Shown: one piece after another, positions 6,257-14,445 of the stretch
Layout of the letters: each line of letters starts with the position of its first letter
How positions within the stretch are numbered: the first letter of the stretch is position 1
Assembly: GCA_034670305.1 (NCBI GenBank)
Contig: JAXMNT010000091.1
Location: forward strand, 1 to 14,482
Reading direction: 5' to 3'
Origin: Deltaproteobacteria bacterium
GTDB lineage: Bacteria > Myxococcota_A > Polyangia > Polyangiales > Houyiibacteriaceae
DNA length: 14,482 bases
Position numbers and translations under genes: made by a program
Notes under the pieces: model-generated
Told to the model about the DNA's origin: nothing
The model's input: the letters and a program-made list of their open reading frames with translations, nothing else
The model's database searches: none

Positions 6257-8863
6257 TCAGCTGCGCTTCGTGAACGTGAAGGCTTCGTCCTTCACGTCGA
6301 CGACGATCGTGTCGCCGGCCGAGTAGCCCCCTTCGAGCATCGCCTGGGCCATCGGATCCTGAAGGCTCTTCAGGATGACGCGCTTGAGCGGACGCGCGCC
6401 GAACGCGGGTTCGTAGCCGAGCTCGACGATCCGATCTTTCGCCGAGTCGGTGACCTCGAGTTCGATGCGCCGGTGCGCCAGCAGCTTCGCCAGGCCGCGC
6501 AGCTGAATGTTGGCGATGCCGAGGAGATCCGGCTTGTGGAGCGGATCGAAGATCACGACGTCGTCGATGCGGTTGAGGAACTCCGGCCGGTAGTGGCTGT
6601 GCAGCTCCTCTTCCACCTTCTCGCGCAGCTCTTCGTCGGTGCCTTCGTGGTCCAAGATGAAGTGCGATCCGACGTTGCTCGTCATGATGATGACGGTGTC
6701 CTGGAAGTGGGCCGGGCGGCCACGCGAGTCCGTGAGGCGTCCGTCGTCGAGCACCTGCAAACAGATGTTGAAAACGTCCGGGTGCGCCTTCTCCATCTCA
6801 TCGAAGAGCACCACGCTGTAGGGGCGCTGCCGAACCGCTTCGGTGAGGAACCCACCCGCGTCGCTGTCCTTGTAGCCGGGCGGCGCGCCGAGCAGCCGCG
6901 CGACCATGTGCTTCTCCATGAACTCCGACATGTCGAGCCGTGTGAGCGACGCCTCGTCGTCGAAGAGGAACTCGGCGAGTGCTTTGGCCAGCTCGGTCTT
7001 GCCAACGCCCGTCGGTCCAAGAAAGAGGAACGAGCCGATCGGCTTGCGGGGATCGCGAAGGCCCACCCGACCCCGGCGCACAGCGCGGCTGATCGCTGCG
7101 ACCGCGTGGTCCTGTCCCACGACGCGCGTCTTGAGCGAGTCCTCCATGCGCAGGAGCTTCGTCGTCTCTTCTTCGAGCATCCGGCTGACCGGCACGCCGG
7201 TCCAGAGCGCGACGACGTCCGCGATGTCCTGCGCGCCGACGGTGTCGTTCACCATCATGTTGCTCTCGTCGATGTCGCCGATGTCGGCGGTGGCGGCTTC
7301 GAGCTGCTTCTCCATCATCGGGATCGTGCCAAAGCGCAGTTCGCCGGCCCGCGCGTGGTCGCCGCTCGCGCGCACCTGCTCGAGCTCTCGGTTCGCGGCG
7401 CCGAGTTCTTCTTTGAGCCGCCGCACTTCGCCGACGCTCTTGAGTTCCTTCTCCCAGCGCTCCACGAGCGCCGCGAGGCGCGGCCGCAGTTCTTCCGCTT
7501 CCGCGTCGAGTTTCTTCTTGGTGACTTCCGACTCGCTGTCGTGGTCGTCGAGCAAGGAGCGCTGTTGGATCTCCACCGCTTCGAGTCGGCGTTTGATCCG
7601 ATCGAGTTCGGCCGGCTCGCTCTCCATCTCGACCCGAACCCGCGCCGCGCCTTCGTCGATGAGATCGATCGCGCTCTTCGGGAGCTGCACGCCCGGAATG
7701 TAGCGGCGCGCAAACGTGCACGCGGCCACGAGCGCCGGATCGCTGATGCGCACGCCGTGGTCGATCTCGAATCGGCCGACCACACCACGCAGCACCGCGA
7801 CCGCGTCGTCGAGCGTCGGCGGTTCGACTGGAATGGCGACGAAGCGGCGCTGCAGGCCGCTGTCTTCGTCGAACGCTTTGCGGACCGCATCGGGCGTGGC
7901 GACCGCGATGCAACGCAGCTCGCTGCGTGAGAGCGCGGCGCTGATGAGGTCGCCGGCGCCCGCGGCGCGGCCGGAGAGCGCGCCGAAGTCCGGAAGGAAG
8001 AGGATGACTTCGCCCGCCGAGTCGCGGATCGCATCGAGGATGGCGCGGGTGCGTTCTTCGAGCTGTCCACGCAGCGACGCGCCGGCCACGAGCGTGCCCA
8101 TGTCGAGCATCACGATGCGCTTGCCCTTGAGCAACGTGGGCACGTCGTTGACCGCGATGCGCTGCGCGAGCGCCTGCACGATCGCGGTCTTGCCGATGCC
8201 CGGTTCGCCGACGAGCAGCGGGTTGTTCTCGCGGCGGCGCGCGAGCACCTGGAGCATGCGCCGGATCTCTCCGTCGCGGCCCACCGTTGGATCGAACACG
8301 CCCTGCGCAGCCATCCGGGTCAGGTCCCGGCCGAACTGTTCGATCGGATCGCCGAAGTCTTCGCGGCCGCGCATCGGACGGGCGCCGGGCGGACGTTTGG
8401 CGCCGGGCGCGCTCTCTTGACCGACGGTCTCGCCGCCGAGGGTCGCGCGCAGAATCGGCGCGCTGAGGTTGATGGCTTTGAACACGTCGCGCACGCCGCC
8501 TTCGGTCTCTTGCGCGCACGCCAGCATCAGGTGCGCGATGCCGACCGGGACGCCTCCTTGGCGGGCGGCTTCGCCTTCGGCGCGGCCAAGCAAGTCGAGC
8601 ATGCTCTGCGAAAGGAACGACTTGCCGTCGGTCGCGGGCATCTTGCGGAGCAACATCTCCGACTCGACCAGCACGTCGGTGGGATCCACCCCAGCTCGCT
8701 CGACTGCGGACTCGGCGTCGCCGCCCCGCTCGATGAGGATGTAGAGCAGGTGAAGGGGATCGACTTCCGCGTGTTTGCGCTCGTCGGCGGTGGCCTGCGC
8801 AGCGCTGATCGCGGCTTTGGCGTGTTTGTCGTAGGCCTCGAGGCGGATGGTGAGCGTGGACAT
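6257..8863 (-). CDS. clpB: ClpB-family AAA+ chaperone paralogue with degenerate NBD1
   Basis: 868 aa. Clp N-domain repeats (HLLYIL, HLMLAC), DPTVGRDGEIRR, NNPLLVGEPGIGKT, LPKSAIDLIDE, coiled-coil middle domain (ESEPAELDRIKRR...RAGELRFGTIP), RPIG-like KPIGSFLFLGPTGVGKTE, VVLFDEMEKAHPDVFN, FGARPLKRVI. Confidence 0.88.
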   Translation of the reverse strand: MSTLTIRLEAYDKHAKAAISAAQATADERKHAEVDPLHLLYILIERGGDAESAVERAGVDPTDVLVESEMLLRKMPATDGKSFLSQSMLDLLGRAEGEAARQGGVPVGIAHLMLACAQETEGGVRDVFKAINLSAPILRATLGGETVGQESAPGAKRPPGARPMRGREDFGDPIEQFGRDLTRMAAQGVFDPTVGRDGEIRRMLQVLARRRENNPLLVGEPGIGKTAIVQALAQRIAVNDVPTLLKGKRIVMLDMGTLVAGASLRGQLEERTRAILDAIRDSAGEVILFLPDFGALSGRAAGAGDLISAALSRSELRCIAVATPDAVRKAFDEDSGLQRRFVAIPVEPPTLDDAVAVLRGVVGRFEIDHGVRISDPALVAACTFARRYIPGVQLPKSAIDLIDEGAARVRVEMESEPAELDRIKRRLEAVEIQQRSLLDDHDSESEVTKKKLDAEAEELRPRLAALVERWEKELKSVGEVRRLKEELGAANRELEQVRASGDHARAGELRFGTIPMMEKQLEAATADIGDIDESNMMVNDTVGAQDIADVVALWTGVPVSRMLEEETTKLLRMEDSLKTRVVGQDHAVAAISRAVRRGRVGLRDPRKPIGSFLFLGPTGVGKTELAKALAEFLFDDEASLTRLDMSEFMEKHMVARLLGAPPGYKDSDAGGFLTEAVRQRPYSVVLFDEMEKAHPDVFNICLQVLDDGRLTDSRGRPAHFQDTVIIMTSNVGSHFILDHEGTDEELREKVEEELHSHYRPEFLNRIDDVVIFDPLHKPDLLGIANIQLRGLAKLLAHRRIELEVTDSAKDRIVELGYEPAFGARPLKRVILKSLQDPMAQAMLEGGYSAGDTIVVDVKDEAFTFTKRS

Positions 8864-9041
8864 CGCGCGAACGTTCGTTCGGATCTCCCCATCGCGTCAA
8901 CCGCTTCGTGCCTCGAGGCAGCGCTCAGGCCGCGATCTTGGCCCGCAAAACGTACGGTTGGGCAGCCTTCGAGGAGGGTGGTGCGTAGCGAATGCGCGGT
9001 TTGCGCGACAGTATGCGGCAGGGCCCGTCGCGGCCGCGACC

Positions 9042-10841
9042 ATGGCTTCTTCCCACCACGCCCCAGACGACTCTCCGACCCGGGCCAAACGCAGCCGCGG
9101 ACTCATCCGGATTCTTCGTTTGGTCAGCCCCTACCGGGGCCGGTTCACGCTGGCCACGGTGCTGCTCTTGCTCGGCAGCATGATCGGGCTGATCTATCCG
9201 AAGGCGGTCCAGCACGCGATCGACCAAGGGCTCACCGAGGAGACGCTGGCGGATCTCGATCGTCTCGGCCTGGCGCTGATGGGGCTCTTCGTGCTGCAGG
9301 CGGGGTTCACGTGGGGCCGGCACTACTTGATGAGCTGGCTCGGCGAACGCGCGGTCGCGGATCTGCGCGGTCTGGTGGTCGACCGTTTGGTCCGGCTGCC
9401 TCCGGAGTGGTTCCACCAGCAGCGCACCGGCGAACTCGTCGGGCGCGTCGCCGGCGATGTGTCGATCGTCGAAGGCGTGGTCGGCAGCGAGCTGAGCATC
9501 GCGCTGCGCAACCTGGTCCAGCTGGTCGGCGGCATCGTGCTGCTGCTCTTCACGGACGTCGGCCTCACACTCACGATGTTGCTCGTCGTGCCGCCGCTCT
9601 CGATCGCGATCATGCTCTTCGGCCGGCGGATTCGAAAGATGAGCCGCGCCGTGCAAGACGCGGCGGCCGACACCCATGGGCGGGTCCAAGAAGTGCTCGG
9701 CGGCATCCACACCGTGCAAGCGTTTGGACAGGAAGACCGCGAATCGGAGGACTACGCGAAAGGCGTGGGGGTCATCTTCGACCGCGCGCTCGAGCTCTCG
9801 AAGTGGCGCGCGTCGTTCATGTCGGTCGCGTCCTTCAGTGGCTTCGCGGCGATCGGCGGAATTCTCTGGCTCGGGGGCCGCAGGGTGGCGGATGGGACGC
9901 TCACCGCTGGAGGGCTCACCGCGTTCTTGCTCTACACGAGCATCGTCGCCATCGCGCTCGCGAGCCTCACCGGGCTGTGGGCGGGGCTGCAGCGCGCGGC
10001 GGGCGCGACCGACCGCCTGTACGAAATCATCGACACGGTGCCGAGCATCCGAAGCCCCGAAGCGCCGCAGGCCATGGGCAGCGAACCGCGGCGCATCCGA
10101 TTCGACAACGTCGGCTTCCACTACCCGACCCGTCCGGACAAGATCGTGCTCGAGGGGGTCGACCTGGTGATCGAACCCGGCGAGACGGTGGCCCTCGTCG
10201 GTCCGTCGGGGGCGGGCAAGACGACGTTGACCGGCCTCGTGCCGCGCTTTTACGACGTCACGTCGGGCCACGTCTTCGTGGGCGGCGTGGAGGTCACAGA
10301 GCTCGACCTCGACGCGCTGCGCGACGTCATCGCCATCGTGCCGCAGGACCCGGTGCTCTTCAGCGGAAGCATCGCCGAGAACATCGCGTACGGCGCCGTG
10401 GACGCGTCCGCGATCGACATTCAGAGCGCGGCGAAGCGGGCCAACGCGCATGGGTTCATCGAGTCGTTTCCAGACGGCTACGAGACCCTGTGCGGCGAAC
10501 GCGGCGTGCAGCTGTCTGGCGGGCAGCGGCAGCGGGTGGCCATCGCCCGCGCGCTGCTCGCGGACCCGAAGATCCTCATCTTGGACGAAGCCACCTCCAG
10601 CCTCGACAGCGAGAGCGAACAGCTCGTACAGCGCGCACTCGAGGAGCTGAAGAAGGGCCGCACGACCCTGGTCATCGCCCACCGGCTGAGCACGATTCGC
10701 GACGCCGACCGCATCGTCGTCCTGGTCGACGGCCGCATCGCCGAGATGGGGACCCACCAGGACCTGATGTCGCGCGGCGGGTCCTACGCGTCGCTGGTCG
10801 AAGCCCAAGTCGAGCCGGCTCAGTTGGTCAGCGCCATCTAA
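9042..10841 (+). CDS. ABC exporter, fused permease/ATP-binding subunit (MsbA-like/ABCB type)
   Basis: N-terminal six-TM domain, Walker A GPSGAGKT, Q-loop VPQD, signature LSGGQRQR, Walker B ILILDEATSSLD, H-loop IAHRLST. Start moved to ATG 9042 to avoid overlap with the divergent clpB. Confidence 0.93.
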   Translation: MASSHHAPDDSPTRAKRSRGLIRILRLVSPYRGRFTLATVLLLLGSMIGLIYPKAVQHAIDQGLTEETLADLDRLGLALMGLFVLQAGFTWGRHYLMSWLGERAVADLRGLVVDRLVRLPPEWFHQQRTGELVGRVAGDVSIVEGVVGSELSIALRNLVQLVGGIVLLLFTDVGLTLTMLLVVPPLSIAIMLFGRRIRKMSRAVQDAAADTHGRVQEVLGGIHTVQAFGQEDRESEDYAKGVGVIFDRALELSKWRASFMSVASFSGFAAIGGILWLGGRRVADGTLTAGGLTAFLLYTSIVAIALASLTGLWAGLQRAAGATDRLYEIIDTVPSIRSPEAPQAMGSEPRRIRFDNVGFHYPTRPDKIVLEGVDLVIEPGETVALVGPSGAGKTTLTGLVPRFYDVTSGHVFVGGVEVTELDLDALRDVIAIVPQDPVLFSGSIAENIAYGAVDASAIDIQSAAKRANAHGFIESFPDGYETLCGERGVQLSGGQRQRVAIARALLADPKILILDEATSSLDSESEQLVQRALEELKKGRTTLVIAHRLSTIRDADRIVVLVDGRIAEMGTHQDLMSRGGSYASLVEAQVEPAQLVSAI

Positions 10842-10880
10842 AACCTGAGCGAACTCGAGGTCTTACATGATCGCATGAAG

Positions 10881-10897
10881 TGTGAACCTAGTTCACA
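10881..10897. promoter_or_regulatory. Perfect palindrome TGTGAAC-CTA-GTTCACA, candidate activator binding site
   Basis: 7-bp inverted repeat in an AT-richer intergenic patch about 85-100 nt upstream of the sigma54 motif. Confidence 0.5.
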
Positions 10898-10979
10898 TTG
10901 GGCCTCTTGGCCCCAGCTCCACAGACCCGAGGGTCGCCTGAGGGGATACAGCCATCGCTGGAAGCCCGAGAGATCGCGG

Positions 10980-10995
10980 TGGCATGTGTCGTGCA
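10980..10995 (+). promoter_or_regulatory. Candidate sigma54 (-24/-12) promoter
   Basis: TGGCATGTGTCGTGCA versus consensus TGGCACG-N4-TTGCW. GG at 10981-82 and GC at 10993-94 have exact N10 spacing. The predicted +1 falls within a few nt of ATG 11008. Confidence 0.65.
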
Positions 10996-11007
10996 CCGTC
11001 CCACATC

Positions 11008-13047
11008 ATGCGACTTTCACTCCTTCTCTCCTCCGCGCTTCTCCTGGCCAGCGTCGGCTGTTCGTCAGACGTGGGCGGGCCGGTCGCCGACCCCCGCGAG
11101 CTGACCGACGAACGGGTCCGGATCACCAGCCCGATCGAGTACACGGACGACCTCCTCTTTCCCGAACTCGAGGGTCGACTGGTGGACACGCTGGTGGAGG
11201 ACGAGCGGCTCGTCCTGACCTACGACGGAGAGCCTGCCGTGCTCATCGAAGAGGGCGCGGTTCTGGCCGGCGGCATCGAGCGCGCCACCCCGTACCTGCG
11301 CCGCGTGCTGAGTGTTGAACGAGACGGACTCGTCTTCACCCTGACGACCCGGCCGGCGCTGCCCGAAGAAGCGATTCGCAACGGCGCGTGGCATTACACG
11401 GTCGGCGAGCCGTACACGCAGGCGCAGCTGACCGACGCGCTCGAGGAAGATCGTTTCGATGCGCTGCTCGAAGAAGCCGAGCAGAGCCGCAACGACGACC
11501 TCGGCGTCGGCGGCCGCATGGACTCGCTGATCGACGACGAAGAGGGCGTCGGTTCGGTCTCGCAGGCGAGCCGACGTTCCCGCATCCCGAACGGTGGCAG
11601 CCTGATCAAAGCGATCGAGGACTCCACGATTCAGTGCAGCTACGAGGGCCGCAACTTCTCCCTCGGCGTCGACATGAGTTCCCAGTACGCCATGACCGTC
11701 GCCTCGAGCATCGACGACGGCAGCCGCGTCGACCAGGTGGACGCGACGCTGGACTTCGTCTTCGAACTCGAGACGACTGGCTTCATCGCGGGCGGCGCCA
11801 AGTGCGTACGCGAACTCGAGAGCCGCAACTTCATCCCGTACCGTTTCCGCGAAGGCCTCGTGAGCATCGCGGGCATCCCGGTGTGGTTCGACATGAAAGC
11901 CGTCGCCTACGGCAAGGCGGAAGTGAAGCTGCGCCTGGGCGACGTCGAGTCCTCGTCCAAGACCGACTTCCTCTACCGCATCCGCTACAGCAGCCGCGAA
12001 GCCACGCCGATCGAACCGACCTGCATCGTCGATCTCGAACAGGCCAACCGCCTCGGGCGCGCGGCCTCGGAAGCCATCGACTGCGAACCTGCCTTCGAGT
12101 GCGAAGCCGGCTGCAACCCCGACTACTGCTCGGAAGGTGACGAAGCCTGCGGTGGCGTCTGCTGCGACAGCCCGCCGACCGCCGCGGAGTTCGCGCCGCT
12201 CTACATGGACATCCCGGTGGTCGCCGTCGACAACACCTACGTGTGCAACTACAACCGCTTCATCGAGCTGCCCTGCAGCACGGCCGAGGCGCTCGGCGTC
12301 GAGTACCAAGACCAGTCCGGCGTGCGTCGCGTCGCGACGACGAGCCGCCGCACCTGGGATTGGGACGTCACCCACGAGCTCACCCCGCAGCGGGCCCGGA
12401 TGGACTCCGGCCGAGGCGCGACGATGGACTTCGAAGTCGAAGGCGGCGCGCTCTTCGAGTTGATGCTCTACCGCATCCTCTACTTCGAGATGAAGGCGGG
12501 CCCGAAGGTCGGCACCACCGTCACGTGGAACCGCGACGCCTGCCTGATCAACACCTCCACCGCGGTCGACATCGGACTCAACTTCGAAGTCGGCGTGCGC
12601 GAACCGATCTTCCTCAGCGACCTGGCCAAGTGGGAGTACCGCCTCGCCTACCCGATCCTCAACGTGCCGGACAAGTCCTACCGGATCGAGAGTTGCCGAC
12701 CGGTGACGACCGTGTCTTGCGACCGGGAGATCGACTGCCACTCCTGCGCGCTGATCGATGGCTGCGCGTGGGTCAGCGCCGCCCATGAGATCGATGTCGA
12801 CAGCCCTCGCGCCGGTGGTTCGTGCATGGCCGAACGTGAGGTGCCGCGGAACCCGAACCTCTGGGCGGCCACCAACATCAACCTCTGCCGGAACTGTGCG
12901 GCCTACCGCACGGTCGAAGCGTGCCAGGCAGACAGCGGCTTCTGCGCGCTGTGCGACGACGGAGGGTACTTCGACCGCTCCTGCATCAACACCAACCGCG
13001 AGTCGCCCCACATCAGTGGGCCGGTCGCGTGCGGATCCTGGAGGTAG
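11008..13047 (+). CDS. Large Cys-rich lipoprotein, hypothetical (probable surface protein)
   Basis: MRLSLLLSSALLLASVG|C lipoprotein signal, 679 aa, beta-rich core. Internal Cys cluster (CEPAFECEAGCNPDYC...CGGVCC) and C-terminal PSI-like Cys repeats (DCHSCALIDGCAWV...C; CAAYRTVEACQADSGFCALC). Confidence 0.82.
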   Translation: MRLSLLLSSALLLASVGCSSDVGGPVADPRELTDERVRITSPIEYTDDLLFPELEGRLVDTLVEDERLVLTYDGEPAVLIEEGAVLAGGIERATPYLRRVLSVERDGLVFTLTTRPALPEEAIRNGAWHYTVGEPYTQAQLTDALEEDRFDALLEEAEQSRNDDLGVGGRMDSLIDDEEGVGSVSQASRRSRIPNGGSLIKAIEDSTIQCSYEGRNFSLGVDMSSQYAMTVASSIDDGSRVDQVDATLDFVFELETTGFIAGGAKCVRELESRNFIPYRFREGLVSIAGIPVWFDMKAVAYGKAEVKLRLGDVESSSKTDFLYRIRYSSREATPIEPTCIVDLEQANRLGRAASEAIDCEPAFECEAGCNPDYCSEGDEACGGVCCDSPPTAAEFAPLYMDIPVVAVDNTYVCNYNRFIELPCSTAEALGVEYQDQSGVRRVATTSRRTWDWDVTHELTPQRARMDSGRGATMDFEVEGGALFELMLYRILYFEMKAGPKVGTTVTWNRDACLINTSTAVDIGLNFEVGVREPIFLSDLAKWEYRLAYPILNVPDKSYRIESCRPVTTVSCDREIDCHSCALIDGCAWVSAAHEIDVDSPRAGGSCMAEREVPRNPNLWAATNINLCRNCAAYRTVEACQADSGFCALCDDGGYFDRSCINTNRESPHISGPVACGSWR

Positions 13048-13049
13048 TC

Positions 13050-13244
13050 ATGAATCAGTGGAAGAAGAGCCAGTCCCTCAAAGCGCGTTCGGTCGGCTCG
13101 GATGAGCGCGGACTCAGCACGGTCGAGTACATCATCATCCTCGTGCTCATCGCGGTGCTCGGGATCTCGGTCTGGCGGAGCTTCGGCGAAGCGGTCGAGT
13201 ACCAAGTCCGCGACTCCACCACCGACATCAACGGGCTTCGTTAA
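13050..13244 (+). CDS. flp: Flp family type IVb (Tad) pilin
   Basis: 64 aa. Prepilin cleavage site DERG|LSTVEY with E+5/Y+6, then hydrophobic IIILVLIAVLGI. GGAGG RBS at 13040-13044. Starts 2 nt after the lipoprotein stop. Confidence 0.9.
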   Translation: MNQWKKSQSLKARSVGSDERGLSTVEYIIILVLIAVLGISVWRSFGEAVEYQVRDSTTDINGLR

Positions 13245-13255
13245 TTTACACTACG

Positions 13256-13881
13256 GGCCTGGCTCGCTTCGCGAGACTGGCGGCCCTAATTCGCGCCCGT
13301 CGCTGCCTGCACGTGCTCGCCGCCATTCGGTGGGTCCATTGGAAAACCCTTGATGCGATTGGCGGCTGCGCGCGTCCAGGCGCTCCTTGAGGCGCTCTGC
13401 GTGCACTTGGGGAGTGCACCAGTTGCTCGCCCTGCGGGCTGCGCAGGTGCACGGGTGGAGATGCCTGACTCGCTGGCGCTGAGCGTGGCCTGGCTCGCTT
13501 CGCGAGACTGGCGGCCCTAACTCGCGCCCGTTGTTTCTGAGGGGGAAGGGTTCCCCCTCCGGCCTGCGGCCTCCTCCCCACCTGGGCACCTTCACGTGCT
13601 CGCCGCCTGTTCATTGGGCGCACTGAAGAAGCGATTGGAACAACTGGCGGCTGCGCGCGGTGAAGGCACTCCCGCCGCCTCTACGACTCACTTGGGGAGT
13701 GCACCAGTTGCTCGCCCTGCGGGCTGCGCAGGTGCACGGGTGGAGATGCCTGACTCGCTGGCGCTGAGCGTGGCCTGGCTCGCTTCGCGAGGCCTGCGGG
13801 CTGCGCAGGTGCACGGGTGGAGATGCCTGACTCGCGGGCGCTGTTCGAGGCCTGGCTCGCTTCGCGAGACTGGCGGCCCTA
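13256..13881. repeat. Modular palindromic repeat array (REP/BIME-like mosaic)
   Basis: Block A ggcctggctcgcttcgcgag(actggcggcccta) at 13256, 13487, 13772 (partial) and 13849. Block B at 13310 and 13593. Block C at 13360 and 13645. 83-nt block D at 13404 and 13689, partial at 13793. Several short hairpins. Confidence 0.88.
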
Positions 13882-13906
13882 GCAGGTCGCTGAAAAGCGA
13901 CCTGCT
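13881..13906. other. Perfect 11-bp hairpin with GAAA loop formed by the element end
   Basis: agcaggtcgct-gaaa-agcgacctgct. No U-tract, so not called an intrinsic terminator. Confidence 0.7.
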
Positions 13907-14025
13907 CCCTTGCCGTTGCCCTTGCCCGTGCCCTTGCCCGCGTCGTGGACGCCGTGTGTTTCGCGACGGCGAGGCCGCGAATCCGAGCCCGATGCCCAGC
14001 GGACGAAGCCGCCGGGCATCGGTTG

Positions 14026-14121
14026 GTAGGCGGCGCAGCTCCGCAGCCGCGCGACGCGTAGGAGGTTGTATGCGGCGCCGACCAGGTAGGCGGCGAACTG
14101 TGTCTTGGGTCTGCCTCGATA
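14026..14121 (-). pseudogene. IS5/IS1182-type DDE transposase C-terminal fragment
   Basis: YRGRPKTQFAAYLVGAAYNLLRVARL resembles the RYRG..K......L...AYNL.R...L terminus of these transposases. It is truncated upstream exactly at a mini-element copy. Confidence 0.65.
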
Positions 14122-14122
14122 T

Positions 14123-14170
14123 TCGACAGCGTGCAGCGTCGCGAAGCGAGCCAGCGGTGTCACTGGGAGG
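14123..14170 (+). mobile_element. Partial copy 1 of the mini-insertion
   Basis: tcgacagcgtgcagcgtcgcgaagcgagccagcggtgtcactggga follows GATAT (14118-14122) and differs from copy 2 at 2 positions over 46 nt. Confidence 0.7.
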
Positions 14171-14172
14171 GC

Positions 14173-14445
14173 GCCGAGGGCGCAGGCGAGTTCAGTCCCA
14201 AGGAGAAGGCCTGCTTCTATCGGATGGCCCGCGATCGAGGTCGTCTCCTGGCTCGAAATCACGGACCGTCGGGCCGAGGCATCGAGGCCCGATATTCGAC
14301 AGCGTGCAGCCTCGCGAAGCGAGCCAGCGGTGTCACCGGGACGGGGTTTGGGGCCGTGCCCCCAAGAAATATCGAACGGGCTCTCGCCCACCTCGAGCAG
14401 GTCGTCGCGATGCTCGTCGCGCTGATCAAGCGATCTGACCGCTGA
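14173..14445 (+). pseudogene. Four-helix-bundle protein (23S rRNA IVS-type family) remnant
   Basis: AEGAGEFSPKEKACFYRMAR / frameshift / AIEVVSWLEITDRRAEASRPD / insertion / IERALAHLEQVVAMLVALIKRSDR*. The AEG and FY..AR..A.E and 'VAML' motifs match the family. The 5' half is missing. Confidence 0.75.
14296..14368 (+). mobile_element. 73-bp mini-insertion (copy 2) flanked by ATAT direct repeats
   Basis: ATAT at 14292-14295 and 14369-14372. Removing the insert plus one ATAT restores CCC GAT ATC GAA CGG (PDIER) in frame. Ends in hairpin ttggggc-cgt-gcccccaa. Confidence 0.75.

Noticed and set aside
6257-8863. ClpV/TssH of a type VI secretion system
   Set aside because: It has a long ClpB-type middle domain and no T6SS genes nearby.
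9042-10841. Dedicated exporter for the radical SAM product
   Set aside because: It lies 7 kb away, has no C39 peptidase domain, and the putative substrate carries its own lipoprotein signal.
10881-10897. Canonical CRP site
   Set aside because: TGTGA and TCACA are separated by 7 nt, not 6; kept only as a generic palindrome.
830-13011. Very long alternative-frame ORFs (e.g. 830-2506 +, 2591-4441 -, 5375-7930 +, 6798-8900 -, 8417-10870 +, 8925-10808 -, 11065-13011 -)
   Set aside because: They are Arg/Ala/Gly-rich shadows of motif-bearing genes, expected in high-GC DNA where stop codons are rare.
13256-13881. CRISPR array
   Set aside because: There are four different conserved blocks rather than one repeat, the 'spacers' are alignable homologues of each other, and no cas genes are present.
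13596-14438. 280 aa ORF and other ORFs across the repeat array and element
   Set aside because: They run through palindromic repeats and nested insertions with no coherent protein signal beyond the two short remnants reported.
13310-14445. Diversity-generating retroelement (four-helix bundle as Avd, repeat pairs as TR/VR)
   Set aside because: No reverse transcriptase is present, differences between repeat copies are not adenine-specific, and the helix-bundle gene is a broken fragment.
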